Origin: Acidobacteriota bacterium | GTDB lineage: Bacteria; Acidobacteriota; Vicinamibacteria; Vicinamibacterales; SCN-69-37 | NCBI GenBank assembly: GCA_039933635.1 | Contig: JBDTNQ010000001.1 | Location: forward strand, 27,967-91,966 | Reading direction: 5' to 3' | DNA length: 64,000 nucleotides | Shown: one piece after another, positions 8,811 to 18,178 of the stretch | Layout of the letters: each line of letters begins with the position of its first letter | Position numbering within the stretch: position 1 is the stretch's first letter | Program-made: the position numbers and the translations under genes | The notes under the pieces: generated by a model | The model's database searches: none | Told to the model about the DNA's origin: nothing | The model's input: the letters and a program-made list of their open reading frames with translations, nothing else

Positions 8811-9803
8811 GTGCGAATCGACTCCTCGGCGCCGACCCGCATCGATCTGGCCGGCGGGACGTATGACATCTGGCCGCTCTACCTGTTTCACGATCGCGCA
8901 CAGACGCTGAACGTCGCGATCAGCCTCCGCGCCCACGTGACGCTGACCTCGCGGCGCGACTACCGCGTGGTGCTGTGCTCGGACGACACCGGCGAACAGG
9001 TCGAAGCGGCCGATCCGACCACACTCGGGACGGACCGGCTTCCACTGCTGGCGCGGCTCGTGAAGCACTTCGGCGCGCGGGGCCTCGAGGTGCGCACCCG
9101 CGCGGAGTCACCGGTCGGCGCCGGCATTGCCGGGTCGTCGGCCCTGAACATCGCGCTCACGGCCGCGCTGGCGGCCTGGACGGGCCGGACGCTCTCAGAC
9201 GACGCCCTGCTGACGACCGCGATGAATGTGGAAGCGCAAGTGATTGCTGTCCCGACCGGCGTGCAGGACTACCGTCCCGCCCTCTACGGTGGCGTGTCGG
9301 CCGTCGAACTCGGCGTGTCCGGCGTCCAACGCGTGCCCCTGGCCGTCGATCCGTTCGCCCTCGAGCGGCGCCTCGTGCTCGCCTACACGGGCGCGTCGCG
9401 AAATTCTGGGATCAACAACTGGGACGTGATGGTGCGGCGCATCAACGGCGACGCGGACGTCATTGCCGCCTTCGACGTGATTCGCGACTCGACGGTGTCG
9501 ATGCGCGAGTCGCTCGAGCAGCAGGACTGGACGGCGGTCGCGGCCTGCATGGCCTCCGAATGGCAGGCGCGCAAGCGCCTCGCCCCCGGCGTCACCACCC
9601 GCGAAATCGACACGCTACTCGAACGCGCGCGGTTCTCGGGCGCGCTCGCGGGCAAGGTCTGCGGCGCAGGGGGTGGCGGCTGCCTCGTGTGCCTCGTCGA
9701 TCCGGACCGCAAGACTGAAGTGGCCGCCACGCTCACCGCCGGCGGCGCCGCGGTGCTCCCGTTCAAGATCGAGCACGAAGGACTGGTCGTTCGACGGAGT
9801 TGA
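8811..9803 (+). CDS. GHMP-family sugar/metabolite kinase, substrate unknown
   Basis: GHMP motif PVGAGIAGSSALNIALTAALAAW; N-terminus APTRIDLAGGTYD; C-terminus GAGGGGCL. Confidence 0.75.
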   Translation: MRIDSSAPTRIDLAGGTYDIWPLYLFHDRAQTLNVAISLRAHVTLTSRRDYRVVLCSDDTGEQVEAADPTTLGTDRLPLLARLVKHFGARGLEVRTRAESPVGAGIAGSSALNIALTAALAAWTGRTLSDDALLTTAMNVEAQVIAVPTGVQDYRPALYGGVSAVELGVSGVQRVPLAVDPFALERRLVLAYTGASRNSGINNWDVMVRRINGDADVIAAFDVIRDSTVSMRESLEQQDWTAVAACMASEWQARKRLAPGVTTREIDTLLERARFSGALAGKVCGAGGGGCLVCLVDPDRKTEVAATLTAGGAAVLPFKIEHEGLVVRRS

Positions 9804-10051
9804 GTCCGGGCTCGATGGTGGGAGCGTTCGGTCCGGGAGCAGACTTCGAAGCTGGAAAGAGGTGCGCGTTGGATCCGGTCGAGACCATCAAGCAGCTGTA
9901 TTTCAACACCACCAAACAGACCATCTCGCGCGATCTCGCGAAGGCGGTGACGATTCTGAAGACGCTGCCGACCGAGGAAGAGCGCGAACGCGCGGCCGTC
10001 TACATGGACGGTCTGGCGCAGATGCGTTCCGAGTGGGGAGTGAAGAAGTAG
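9800..10051 (+). CDS. Hypothetical small protein
   Basis: ORF only (TTG start overlapping the GHMP stop). No family recognised. Confidence 0.3.
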   Translation: MSPGSMVGAFGPGADFEAGKRCALDPVETIKQLYFNTTKQTISRDLAKAVTILKTLPTEEERERAAVYMDGLAQMRSEWGVKK

Positions 10052-10054
10052 ACG

Positions 10055-10852
10055 CTAATCGAGAAACGCCGTCAGGTTATCGCGCGTGATGCGCGCGCGC
10101 TGGCGTTCGCCGCTCTTGCCCAGGGGTTTCGCCTGCCGTCCGTTGATGGCCATCCGAACGGCGCCCGCGTTCGCCAGGTCCATGACGATCTCCCGGTCCG
10201 CCTCCACGCGCTGATGCTCGCCGGGCTGGAACAGCCGCGCGAACACCGGCGGCCCGCTATCCACGCTGACGCTCAGCCACGACGCCGTGACGACTTCGAA
10301 ATCGAGCACCATGTGAGCCATGCCGCTCGGTGGCGCCGGCACGCTGGGTGCCACGGGTGCCGCGGCCAGCGCGGGTGCTGACGTTGTCACGTCCATGGAG
10401 TTCGGGACGGCCGACGCGGCCGACGCTTTCGCGGCTGCCCGGCGTTGCAGATAGGCTCGACCCTGCCAGATCGCCAGCGCGGCGAGCGCAATGACGACCC
10501 CGACCATGACAATGCGCAGGATCAGCATCGCGCGCTGCTGGCGCTGCAGGAACTGGCGGTCGTCGAGCGTGATCTCCGGCCGCATCGCGGCCTTGCGCTC
10601 GGCCTCGGCGCGTTCGGCCTGCTCGAGCAAGTCCGAAAACCGGCTGACCGCGGCGTCCGCCTCCATCCCCACCTCCGTGGCGTACGCCCGCACGAAGGCT
10701 CGGCCGAAAATGCCGCCGGGCAATCGGCTGAAGTCGTTGCGCTCGAGACATTCGAGGGCCGTGATCGAGATCTTCGTGCGCGTGGCCATCTCGTGAATGG
10801 AGATGCCGCTCGCCTCGCGCGCCTGCTTGAGTTCGGAACCGAGTTGCTCCAT
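10055..10852 (-). CDS. rodZ: RodZ-like HTH (XRE) membrane protein with C-terminal DUF4115-like domain
   Basis: ATG at 10852 gives MEQLGSELKQAREASGISIHEMATRTKISITALECLERNDFSRLPGGIFGRAFVRAYA. A TM segment (MLILRIVMVGVVIALAALAIW) and a C-terminal beta domain follow. Confidence 0.7.
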   Translation of the reverse strand: MEQLGSELKQAREASGISIHEMATRTKISITALECLERNDFSRLPGGIFGRAFVRAYATEVGMEADAAVSRFSDLLEQAERAEAERKAAMRPEITLDDRQFLQRQQRAMLILRIVMVGVVIALAALAIWQGRAYLQRRAAAKASAASAVPNSMDVTTSAPALAAAPVAPSVPAPPSGMAHMVLDFEVVTASWLSVSVDSGPPVFARLFQPGEHQRVEADREIVMDLANAGAVRMAINGRQAKPLGKSGERQRARITRDNLTAFLD

Positions 10853-10868
10853 GAAGGGAGTTCGTACT

Positions 10869-11537
10869 CTAACAGATGCGTGACAGCGCTTTACGAAAGG
10901 CCTGGACGGCCACTGCAACGCCCATGGCGTCCGGCGACCGTCCAGGCGGCAGAAACGCCCCGATTGCCGCCACGCCTGTCGCCCCGGCGTCCAGGCAGGC
11001 CCCGACCCGCGCGGGCGTGATGCCCCCAATCGCCAACACCGGGATCGAGCTTCGCGCCGAAACTTCGGCCAGCGCCTCGAGCCCGGCGGGTTTCAGGCCC
11101 GGTTTCGACCGACTGGCGAACACCGTTCCAAACAACAGGTAGTCGAGCCCGGTCTCGTCAGGGAGGTCATCCTTGTGCATCGACCGCCCCACGATCGCCT
11201 CAGGCATCAGGCTTCGCAACCGGACCGGCGGCAATCCCCTGGCAGGCAGGTGCACACCGTGCGCGCCAGACGCGAGGGCGACGTCCGCTCGATCATTGAC
11301 AACAATGCGCACGCCCGACGTGGACGCGCGGCGCACGAGTCCCTCGACCTGCTTGCACAACATGCCCGAGTCGACGTCCGGTTCGCGGATCTGAATCACA
11401 TCGACCCGTGCCTCGAGGGCATCGTCCAGAAACGCGTCGAGCGCCACCCACTCGTCGCGCATCGTGCGCGCGCCCGGGCTGAGCTGACGCCGGCTCGTCA
11501 CGAGGGCCAGGCACGCGGCCGGCAAACCGGGCCTCAC
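10869..11537 (-). CDS. thiE: Thiamine-phosphate synthase
   Basis: GTG at 11537 (V64 of the ORF) overlaps the upstream TGA (GTGA). Motifs VDVIQIRE, VVNDRADVALASGAHGVHL, VLAIGGI. Confidence 0.8.
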   Translation of the reverse strand: MRPGLPAACLALVTSRRQLSPGARTMRDEWVALDAFLDDALEARVDVIQIREPDVDSGMLCKQVEGLVRRASTSGVRIVVNDRADVALASGAHGVHLPARGLPPVRLRSLMPEAIVGRSMHKDDLPDETGLDYLLFGTVFASRSKPGLKPAGLEALAEVSARSSIPVLAIGGITPARVGACLDAGATGVAAIGAFLPPGRSPDAMGVAVAVQAFRKALSRIC

Positions 11538-11923
11538 AGGTCGCCAGGCCGCCCGGTGCCGCGGCCAAACCTCTGCGCCAGAGCCCGCCGCAGTTCCGTC
11601 ATGCCCGCGGCGACGGTGATCGCACCAGCCGCGGCGACCACGATGCGACACGTCGAGGTCGCCATCACCGAGTGAATCCAGGGCCAGGCGTCCGCGAAGT
11701 AGTTGCGCGCCCACCACGCGGTCCACGGCGCGTAGATCAGCAGAATGCCCGCTTCGATGAAGTACAGGCCGATCAGGAGACGGGAGTAGAAACGGATGGG
11801 AACTCCTACGACAAGCTGCAGGCTGCGACTTCGCGCTTCAGGCGTCGGGCTCGCGGGTGCCCGCCACGCCAGCGGGGATGGTATCAAACAGCGTCGGGGG
11901 TCTGAACGACTTGCGGTGCGCAT
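11534..11923 (-). CDS. Hypothetical small membrane protein; start uncertain
   Basis: Hydrophobic, Trp-rich segment FYSRLLIGLYFIEAGILLIYAPWTAWWARNYF. The annotated start would overlap rnhB by 86 nt, so the true start is probably internal. Confidence 0.3.
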   Translation of the reverse strand: MRTASRSDPRRCLIPSPLAWRAPASPTPEARSRSLQLVVGVPIRFYSRLLIGLYFIEAGILLIYAPWTAWWARNYFADAWPWIHSVMATSTCRIVVAAAGAITVAAGMTELRRALAQRFGRGTGRPGDL

Positions 11924-12494
11924 CGGAGTAGCCGAAGCGGCTCACCGCGTCCAGGTGATCGGCAGTGGCGTAGCCTTTGTGGCGGTCGAACCCGTAACGC
12001 GGGTCGCGATGGTGCAGGTCGCGCATCAACTGGTCGCGGGTGACCTTGGCGAGGATCGATGCGGCGGCGACCGCCGTGCAGCGGCGGTCGCCGCCGATGA
12101 CAGCCTTCTGGGCCATCACCAGCCCGGGCACGCGGAAACCGTCGACGAGGACGAAGCCCGGCAGCGGGACCAGGGCCAGGATGGCGCGGCGCATCGCCTC
12201 CAGCGAGGCGCGGTGAATGTTGATGCGATCGATTTCGGCCGCCTCGACGATGGACACGTGCCACGAAACGGCGGCGGCCACGATGCGATCGAAGAGACGC
12301 TCACGGTCGGCGGCGGTCAGCACCTTGGAGTCCGCGACCCCGGCCACGTAGTGGTCGGGGTCGAGGATAACCGCACCGGCAACCACCGGCCCCGCCAGAC
12401 ACCCTCGCCCGACTTCGTCGGCGCCCGCAACGTGCGTGAAGCCGTAGCGGCGCGCGACGTTTTCGAGCGTGCGGGAGGCGCGGGGCTTCGCCAT
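11838..12494 (-). CDS. rnhB: Ribonuclease HII
   Basis: VAGADEVGRGCLAGPVVAGAVIL, ...DSKVLT..., RNase HII fold signature. Confidence 0.9.
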   Translation of the reverse strand: MAKPRASRTLENVARRYGFTHVAGADEVGRGCLAGPVVAGAVILDPDHYVAGVADSKVLTAADRERLFDRIVAAAVSWHVSIVEAAEIDRINIHRASLEAMRRAILALVPLPGFVLVDGFRVPGLVMAQKAVIGGDRRCTAVAAASILAKVTRDQLMRDLHHRDPRYGFDRHKGYATADHLDAVSRFGYSDAHRKSFRPPTLFDTIPAGVAGTREPDA

Positions 12495-12531
12495 ACGGCA
12501 ACTTCGAAGTTCGAACTTCGAAGTTGGGCCG

Positions 12532-12885
12532 TCAGGCCGTGGTCCGCTTCGTTTCCTTCATACGCGCCGCCTTGCCTCGCAGGTCGCGCAGGAAGTAGAG
12601 CTTCGCGCGGCGCACCTTCGCGCCACGGATGACTTCAATCTTGTCGACCGTCGGCGAATGCAGCGGGAAGATGCGCTCGACGCCCTGACCGAACGAAACC
12701 TTGCGCACGGTGAAGGTCGCGCGTGCGCCACCGCGGTGCATGCCGATGACCATGCCCTCGAACACCTGGATGCGCTCCTTCTCGCCTTCGCGCACCTTCA
12801 CGTGGACCCGCACGGTGTCGCCCGAACGCATGGCCGGCCGCTCGGTTTTCAGGTGGCTCTGTTCAACGGTTTCAATCGCCTTCAT
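12532..12885 (-). CDS. rplS: 50S ribosomal protein L19
   Basis: [13 protein letters not shown]...[27 protein letters not shown]... Confidence 0.95.
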   Translation of the reverse strand: MKAIETVEQSHLKTERPAMRSGDTVRVHVKVREGEKERIQVFEGMVIGMHRGGARATFTVRKVSFGQGVERIFPLHSPTVDKIEVIRGAKVRRAKLYFLRDLRGKAARMKETKRTTA

Positions 12886-13619
12886 CGTCTGCTCCTTCGT
12901 AACTCGTCCAACTCGCGCCGCTCGTCATCGGACAGGGCCGCCGTCTCGAGAAGATCCGGCCTCCGCTCCAACGTGCGACGTACTCGCTCGGTCCGGCGCC
13001 ACCGCTCGATCGCGCCGTGGTGGCCGGAAACGAGCACGTCCGGCACCGCGTGCCCGCGAAAGATCGCGGGCCTCGTGTAGTGCGGGTGATCGAGCAATCC
13101 CCGCGCAAAAGAATCCGCCTCGACCGATGCCGCGTCCCCGACCACGCCGGGCACGAGCCGCGTCACCACGTCGAGCACGACCAGGGCCGGCAGCTCACCG
13201 CCGGTGAGCACGTAGTCCCCAATCGAGACTTCGTGGGTGACCACCATCTCGGTCACCCGTTCATCCACGCCTTCGTACCGGCCGCAGAGCAGAATCAGCC
13301 GATCCTGCTGGCTCAGCTCCTCCGCCAGCGCGTGCGTCAACATCCGTCCCTGCGGCGTCACCATCACCACCGCCGACGGCGCCCCACGCTCCGCGGCAAT
13401 CGCCTCGATGGCCCGCACGATCGGCTCAGGCTTCATGACCATGCCAGGCCCACCGCCGTACGGCACGTCATCCACGGTGCGGTGCCGATCGTCCGTGTAG
13501 TCCCGGAGGTTCCGGACCCGGATGTCCACCACGCCCCGCTCGCGCGCCCGGCCGACCACACCCGCCGCGAGCGCCGCCTCGACCAGCTCCGGGAAGATCG
13601 TGATGACGTCCGCGATCAT
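12882..13619 (-). CDS. trmD: tRNA (guanine37-N1)-methyltransferase
   Basis: [11 protein letters not shown]..., [31 protein letters not shown] overlap with rimM. Confidence 0.95.
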   Translation of the reverse strand: MIADVITIFPELVEAALAAGVVGRARERGVVDIRVRNLRDYTDDRHRTVDDVPYGGGPGMVMKPEPIVRAIEAIAAERGAPSAVVMVTPQGRMLTHALAEELSQQDRLILLCGRYEGVDERVTEMVVTHEVSIGDYVLTGGELPALVVLDVVTRLVPGVVGDAASVEADSFARGLLDHPHYTRPAIFRGHAVPDVLVSGHHGAIERWRRTERVRRTLERRPDLLETAALSDDERRELDELRRSRR

Positions 13620-14137
13620 CGAGGGACTCGGCGATTCAGCTCCAGCAAGCCCGGCGGAGGCTCAATCTCGATCGTCCGCTCACCAATCGTCACGGTCCGG
13701 ATGATGGCGTCGGTGAACGGCACCAGCACTTCCTCACTGCCCTCGGTCACCACGAGCATCGGGATCCCGACGTCCAGATCCACGCGCCCGACCGTGCCCA
13801 CGGTCTGTCCGCCGGTCGTCCGCACCACACATCCCACGAGATCGTGTGTGTAGTACGCGCCGGGGCCGAGGGGCTTCATCGCATCGGCCGGGATACGCAG
13901 CTCGATGCCCCGCCACGTCTCGGCATCGTTCATCGTCCCGATGGCCTCGATCCCGATCACCCATCGTCCGTCGTGCGGACGAGATGCCGTGATCGTCACC
14001 GGTACCACGCGCCCATCCCGTTCGGCGAACAGCGTCGACCCCACGCCGAACCGCTCATCCCCGAAGTCGGTTTCGGAGAGGACGATGACATGTCCCTTGT
14101 TGCCGTGCGGCCGAATGATTCGACCGACGGTGACCAT
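13616..14137 (-). CDS. rimM: 16S rRNA processing protein RimM
   Basis: Internal ATG (M28) gives [19 protein letters not shown]..., with a PRC-barrel C-terminus. Confidence 0.85.
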   Translation of the reverse strand: MVTVGRIIRPHGNKGHVIVLSETDFGDERFGVGSTLFAERDGRVVPVTITASRPHDGRWVIGIEAIGTMNDAETWRGIELRIPADAMKPLGPGAYYTHDLVGCVVRTTGGQTVGTVGRVDLDVGIPMLVVTEGSEEVLVPFTDAIIRTVTIGERTIEIEPPPGLLELNRRVPR

Positions 14138-14162
14138 CGAGCCCCAGTCCACGACGTCTGCG

Positions 14163-14405
14163 CTACTCGTCGCGGAAGTCCACGACCACGCGACGTTCGT
14201 CGAGCTCGCCCGCCGCAACCGCCAACGTGCGCAACGCGGTCGCCGTACGTCCCTGGCGGCCGATCACCCGGCCGAGTTCGCCCGGCGCCATCGAGAGTTC
14301 GATGACCGTCTGGCCGCGCCGGTCGGACTCGGTGACGTGCACCTCGTCCGGCCGTCCCGCCAGCGCTCGCGCCACGACCTCGACCACGTCCCGCGCGCGG
14401 CTCAC
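14163..14405 (-). CDS. KH-domain RNA-binding protein (UPF0109/YlqC-like)
   Basis: GRVIGRQGRTATALRTL KH motif. Sits between rpsP and rimM as in many bacteria. Confidence 0.85.
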   Translation of the reverse strand: MSRARDVVEVVARALAGRPDEVHVTESDRRGQTVIELSMAPGELGRVIGRQGRTATALRTLAVAAGELDERRVVVDFRDE

Positions 14406-14671
14406 GAAGCGGCCGTCGCCTCGGCTGCCGCCACCGGCGGCGGCATGCGGTCAATCAACGTGCGAACGGTATCGGACGGCTGCGCGCCCTTGCCGAGCCA
14501 GTGCGCGAGACGCTCCTGATTGATGTCGACCTGCTCGGGCTTCGTCCTCGGGTTGTAGTGCCCGAGCACTTCCGTGAACCGTCCCACCAATGCCGACTTG
14601 CCTTCCGTCACCACAATGCGGAAGAACGGCCGGCCCTTCGACCCCGCCCGCCGCAAACGAATCACCAACAT
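14402..14671 (-). CDS. rpsP: 30S ribosomal protein S16
   Basis: MLVIRLRRAGSKGRPFFRIVV...GHYNP. Confidence 0.95.
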   Translation of the reverse strand: MLVIRLRRAGSKGRPFFRIVVTEGKSALVGRFTEVLGHYNPRTKPEQVDINQERLAHWLGKGAQPSDTVRTLIDRMPPPVAAAEATAAS

Positions 14672-14710
14672 GCCACTACCTCCAGAAACCGTATCAACTT
14701 CGAACCGCCG

Positions 14711-16063
14711 TCATCGTCCCCTGAGCATTCCCATCAATCGCTGACGACCCTTGCGACCGCCGCCCATGCTCGTCATCGCCTTGAGCATCTTGCGCATTTC
14801 GACGAACTGCTTGAGCATGCGATTCACTTCTTCCACGCTCGTCCCGCTGCCGCGCGCAATCCGCTTGCGGCGGCTGCCGTTGATGAGCTGATGGTTCCGC
14901 CGCTCGGCGTTGGTCATCGAGCTGACGATCGCCTCGATGCGGCCGAGCTGCTTGTCGTCCACCTGCCCGCGGGCCTCGTTGAGCTGCTTCAGCCCGCCAA
15001 GCCCCGGAATCATGCCCAGCACCTGCTCGAGCGGTCCCATCTTCTTGATGGTCCGCAGCTGATCCCGAAAATCCTCGAGCGTGAAGTCGTCGAGCCGGGT
15101 CTTCTTCTCGAGCCGCTCCCGGCTTTCGTCGTCGAGCGCCTCTTCCGCGCGCTCGATGAGCGAGAGGACGTCGCCCATGCCGAGCATGCGCGACACGAGA
15201 CGATCCGGCTGAAACGCCTCGAGATCCTGCAACCGCTCGCCCGTGCCGGCAAACGCGATCGGCACGCCGACGACACCCACCACCGACAACGCCGCGCCCC
15301 CGCGTGCGTCGCCGTCCATCTTCGTCAGCACCACGCCCGTGACGCCCACGCGATGGTGAAATTCACCCGCGCTCTTGACCGCATCCTGCCCGGTCATCGC
15401 ATCCGCGACGTAGAGCAGGTCCGTCGGTTCGACCGCCGCCTTGATGGCCTCGAGCTCGCCCATCAGGTCGTCGTCGATGTGCAGACGACCGGCCGTGTCG
15501 ACAATGAGCGTGTCGAATCCCAGATTGCGGGTATCCGCCAGCGCACCCTTCGCACGGACGACGGGGTCCATCTCACCCGCGGGGTCGTGCACGCGCCCGC
15601 CGATCTGCTTCGCGAGCACTGACAACTGCTCGATGGCCGCCGGCCGCCGCACGTCGGTCGACACGAGCATCGCGTGCCGGCCCTGTTTCGCCAGCCACCG
15701 CGCCAGCTTCGCCGACGAGGTCGTCTTGCCCGATCCCTGCAAGCCCAGCATCAAGATGACGCGGGGCGTCTTCTGCACGGTGGGCAGCCCGCCCGTCGTG
15801 TCACCGAAGAGCGCCAGCATCTCGTCCCGCACGATCCGCACGACGTGCTGGTCCGGCGTGAGGCTCTTCAACACCTCGTCGCCGATGGCCTTGACCCGCA
15901 CGCGCTCGATGAACGCCTTGACGACGCGGAAGTTGACGTCGGCTTCGAGCAGCGCCAGACGAATCTCGCGCAACGCCGTGTCGACCGTCGCCTCGGTGAG
16001 GCGAGCCCCACCGCGAAGCGACTTGAAGACGTCCTGCAGCCGGGCGCTGAGCGATTCGAACAT
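14711..16063 (-). CDS. ffh: Signal recognition particle protein Ffh
   Basis: MFESLSARLQDVFKSLRG..., GLQGSGKTT, DTAGRL, Met-rich M domain. Confidence 0.95.
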   Translation of the reverse strand: MFESLSARLQDVFKSLRGGARLTEATVDTALREIRLALLEADVNFRVVKAFIERVRVKAIGDEVLKSLTPDQHVVRIVRDEMLALFGDTTGGLPTVQKTPRVILMLGLQGSGKTTSSAKLARWLAKQGRHAMLVSTDVRRPAAIEQLSVLAKQIGGRVHDPAGEMDPVVRAKGALADTRNLGFDTLIVDTAGRLHIDDDLMGELEAIKAAVEPTDLLYVADAMTGQDAVKSAGEFHHRVGVTGVVLTKMDGDARGGAALSVVGVVGVPIAFAGTGERLQDLEAFQPDRLVSRMLGMGDVLSLIERAEEALDDESRERLEKKTRLDDFTLEDFRDQLRTIKKMGPLEQVLGMIPGLGGLKQLNEARGQVDDKQLGRIEAIVSSMTNAERRNHQLINGSRRKRIARGSGTSVEEVNRMLKQFVEMRKMLKAMTSMGGGRKGRQRLMGMLRGR

Positions 16064-16358
16064 GCGAGTAAAGGTGCCCTTGGCCGCTAACCGGCTCTAG
16101 CGCAAACAGTTATGGTATACGAACTTGCCGGGGCTCTCAACAGGTTCGACGAGGACCCCGCGGGCGGGCCCACCACGATAACTGATCGCACGTTCAGCCG
16201 CATCCTGTTGAGTCTAGGCGCGTTGAGCGCCGGCTCGCTGGCGTGGTTCGCCCGGGCCGCCGGGTTCCCCGTGCCCTACCGGGATGGCTGGGACTGAAGT
16301 CGCGCAAGTCTTGCCCTGGACCTTCAGGTCCGGGGCATCGCGTCACCCCGTCCCACGC

Positions 16359-16934
16359 TCAGTGATTGAGCGTGCGCTCGATGCGCCGATCCGGCACCAG
16401 CCACATGATCGCCACCAGCACGTAGAAGCCGCAGGCGACGCCCGGCCACCGTGAGGAACAGGCGACCGCGATGATGTACCAGAGGATCGAGATCTTGCCC
16501 TTGAAGTCGTCGCCGAGCGCGACCGCGAGCTTCGAATCGTGCGGGTGCAGCGCGAGCAGCTGTCGCGTCAGAATGAAGTACGCAATCGACGCCATGAGCA
16601 GCACGATGCCGTAGACGGCCACCGGGGGCGACGAGAAGTGGGTCTCGCCCATCCACGCCGTGGCGAAGGGGACGAGAGACAGCCAGAACAGCAGGTGAAG
16701 ATTGGCCCAGAGCACGCGTCCGTCCACGTGCTGGACGATCTGCATCAGGTGGTGGTGATTGCTCCAGTAGATGCCGATGAACACGTAGCTGAGCACGTAG
16801 CTGAGCACGACCGGGGTGAGGTGACGAAGCGCTTCCCAGGTAGGCTCGTGCGGCGCCGCCAGCTCGAGCACCATGATCGTGATGATGACGGCCATCACGC
16901 CGTCGCTGAAGGCTTCGAGCCGGCCTTTCGTCAT
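16359..16934 (-). CDS. TMEM175/DUF1211-family membrane protein (putative K+ channel)
   Basis: RLEAFSDGVMAVIITIMVLEL signature, six TM segments. ATGA overlap with the ribBA stop. Confidence 0.8.
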   Translation of the reverse strand: MTKGRLEAFSDGVMAVIITIMVLELAAPHEPTWEALRHLTPVVLSYVLSYVFIGIYWSNHHHLMQIVQHVDGRVLWANLHLLFWLSLVPFATAWMGETHFSSPPVAVYGIVLLMASIAYFILTRQLLALHPHDSKLAVALGDDFKGKISILWYIIAVACSSRWPGVACGFYVLVAIMWLVPDRRIERTLNH

Positions 16935-18178
16935 ACCGACTTCAGGGTGTGCCCGAGCTTGTCCTTCTTCGTCTTCATGTACCGCCGCGTGAACTCCGTT
17001 GTCGGAGCGATCTCGAGCGGCAGCGTCTCGACGACGGACAGTCCGTAGCCTTCGAGGCCGACGAACTTACGCGGGTTGTTGGTGAGGAGGCGCATGCTGC
17101 GTACCTTCAGGTCGCGCAGGATCTGGGCGCCGATGCCGTAGTCGCGCTGGTCCGGCTTGAACCCCAGGCGCTCGTTCGCCTCGACGGTGTCGAGGCCCTG
17201 CTCCTGGAGCTCGTACGCGCGAATCTTGTTCGCGAGTCCAATGCCGCGCCCTTCCTGATGCAGATACAGGAGGACGCCCCGCCCTTCATCGGCGATGCGT
17301 TTCATCGCGGCATCCTTCTGCGGACCACAATCGCATCGGAGCGAGTGGAAGACGTCGCCGGTGAGGCACTTGGAGTGCACGCGCACCATCACGTCCGTGC
17401 CGGATCCGATGTCCCCGCGCACGAGCGCGACGTGCGAATCGCCATCGATCAGGCTCTCGTAGGCGTGAATCATGAAGGTGCCGTAGTGCGTGGGCAGCGT
17501 GGCCGACGCCAGCCGGCGCACCATCCCCTCGGTGCGCATCCGGTACCGGATGAGCTCCGCGATGGTGATCATCAGCAGACCGTGCTTGCGGGCGAACTTG
17601 GTCAACTCGGGCACGCGCGCCATCGAGCCGTTGTCGTTCATCACCTCGCAAATCACGCTCGCCGGATAGAGGCCCGCAATCCGCGCCAGATCGACGCCCG
17701 CCTCGGTGTGGCCCGAACGCACGAGCACGCCGCCGTTGCGGGCGCGCAGCGGAAAGATGTGACCAGGACGGGCCAGGTCGCGCGGCGTGGTGCCTGGCGT
17801 AATCGCCACCTCGACCGTGCGGGCGCGATCCGCCGCCGAGACGCCGGTGGACGTGCCGGAGGCGGCGTCGATCGACACGCAGAAGGCCGTCTCGCGCCGC
17901 GACGAGTTCGTGGCGACCTCGAGCGGCAGTTCCAACTCATCGAGACGCTCCGGCGTCATCGCCAGACACACGAGCCCGCGCCCGTGCTTCACCATGAAGT
18001 TGATGGATTCGGACGTCACCTTCGACGCGGCCATCGTGAGATCGCCTTCGTTCTCCCGATCCTCATCGTCGACAACGATGATCATCTTGCCGGCGCGGAT
18101 GGCGGCGATGGCATCTTCGACCGGCGCAAACGGGGCGGCGGTGCGTGCGGGCTTGGCGAGCTTCAGTTTCTTGGTCAT
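16931..18178 (-). CDS. ribBA: Bifunctional 3,4-dihydroxy-2-butanone-4-phosphate synthase / GTP cyclohydrolase II
   Basis: DDEDRENEGDL (RibB) and VRVHSKCLTGDVFHSLRCDCG (RibA). Confidence 0.95.
   Translation of the reverse strand: MTKKLKLAKPARTAAPFAPVEDAIAAIRAGKMIIVVDDEDRENEGDLTMAASKVTSESINFMVKHGRGLVCLAMTPERLDELELPLEVATNSSRRETAFCVSIDAASGTSTGVSAADRARTVEVAITPGTTPRDLARPGHIFPLRARNGGVLVRSGHTEAGVDLARIAGLYPASVICEVMNDNGSMARVPELTKFARKHGLLMITIAELIRYRMRTEGMVRRLASATLPTHYGTFMIHAYESLIDGDSHVALVRGDIGSGTDVMVRVHSKCLTGDVFHSLRCDCGPQKDAAMKRIADEGRGVLLYLHQEGRGIGLANKIRAYELQEQGLDTVEANERLGFKPDQRDYGIGAQILRDLKVRSMRLLTNNPRKFVGLEGYGLSVVETLPLEIAPTTEFTRRYMKTKKDKLGHTLKSV

Noticed and set aside
16112-16358. Possible SRP RNA or other ncRNA next to ffh (CAGGTCCGG segment at about 16320; inverted repeat CTCAACAGG/CCTGTTGAG at about 16134 and 16203), and the 61-aa ORF 16112..16297
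   Set aside because: The conserved 4.5S/SRP helix-8 motif (GGAAGGAAGCAGC-like) is absent. Only a short chance match was seen. The ORF has no recognisable family or SD. The region is left unannotated.
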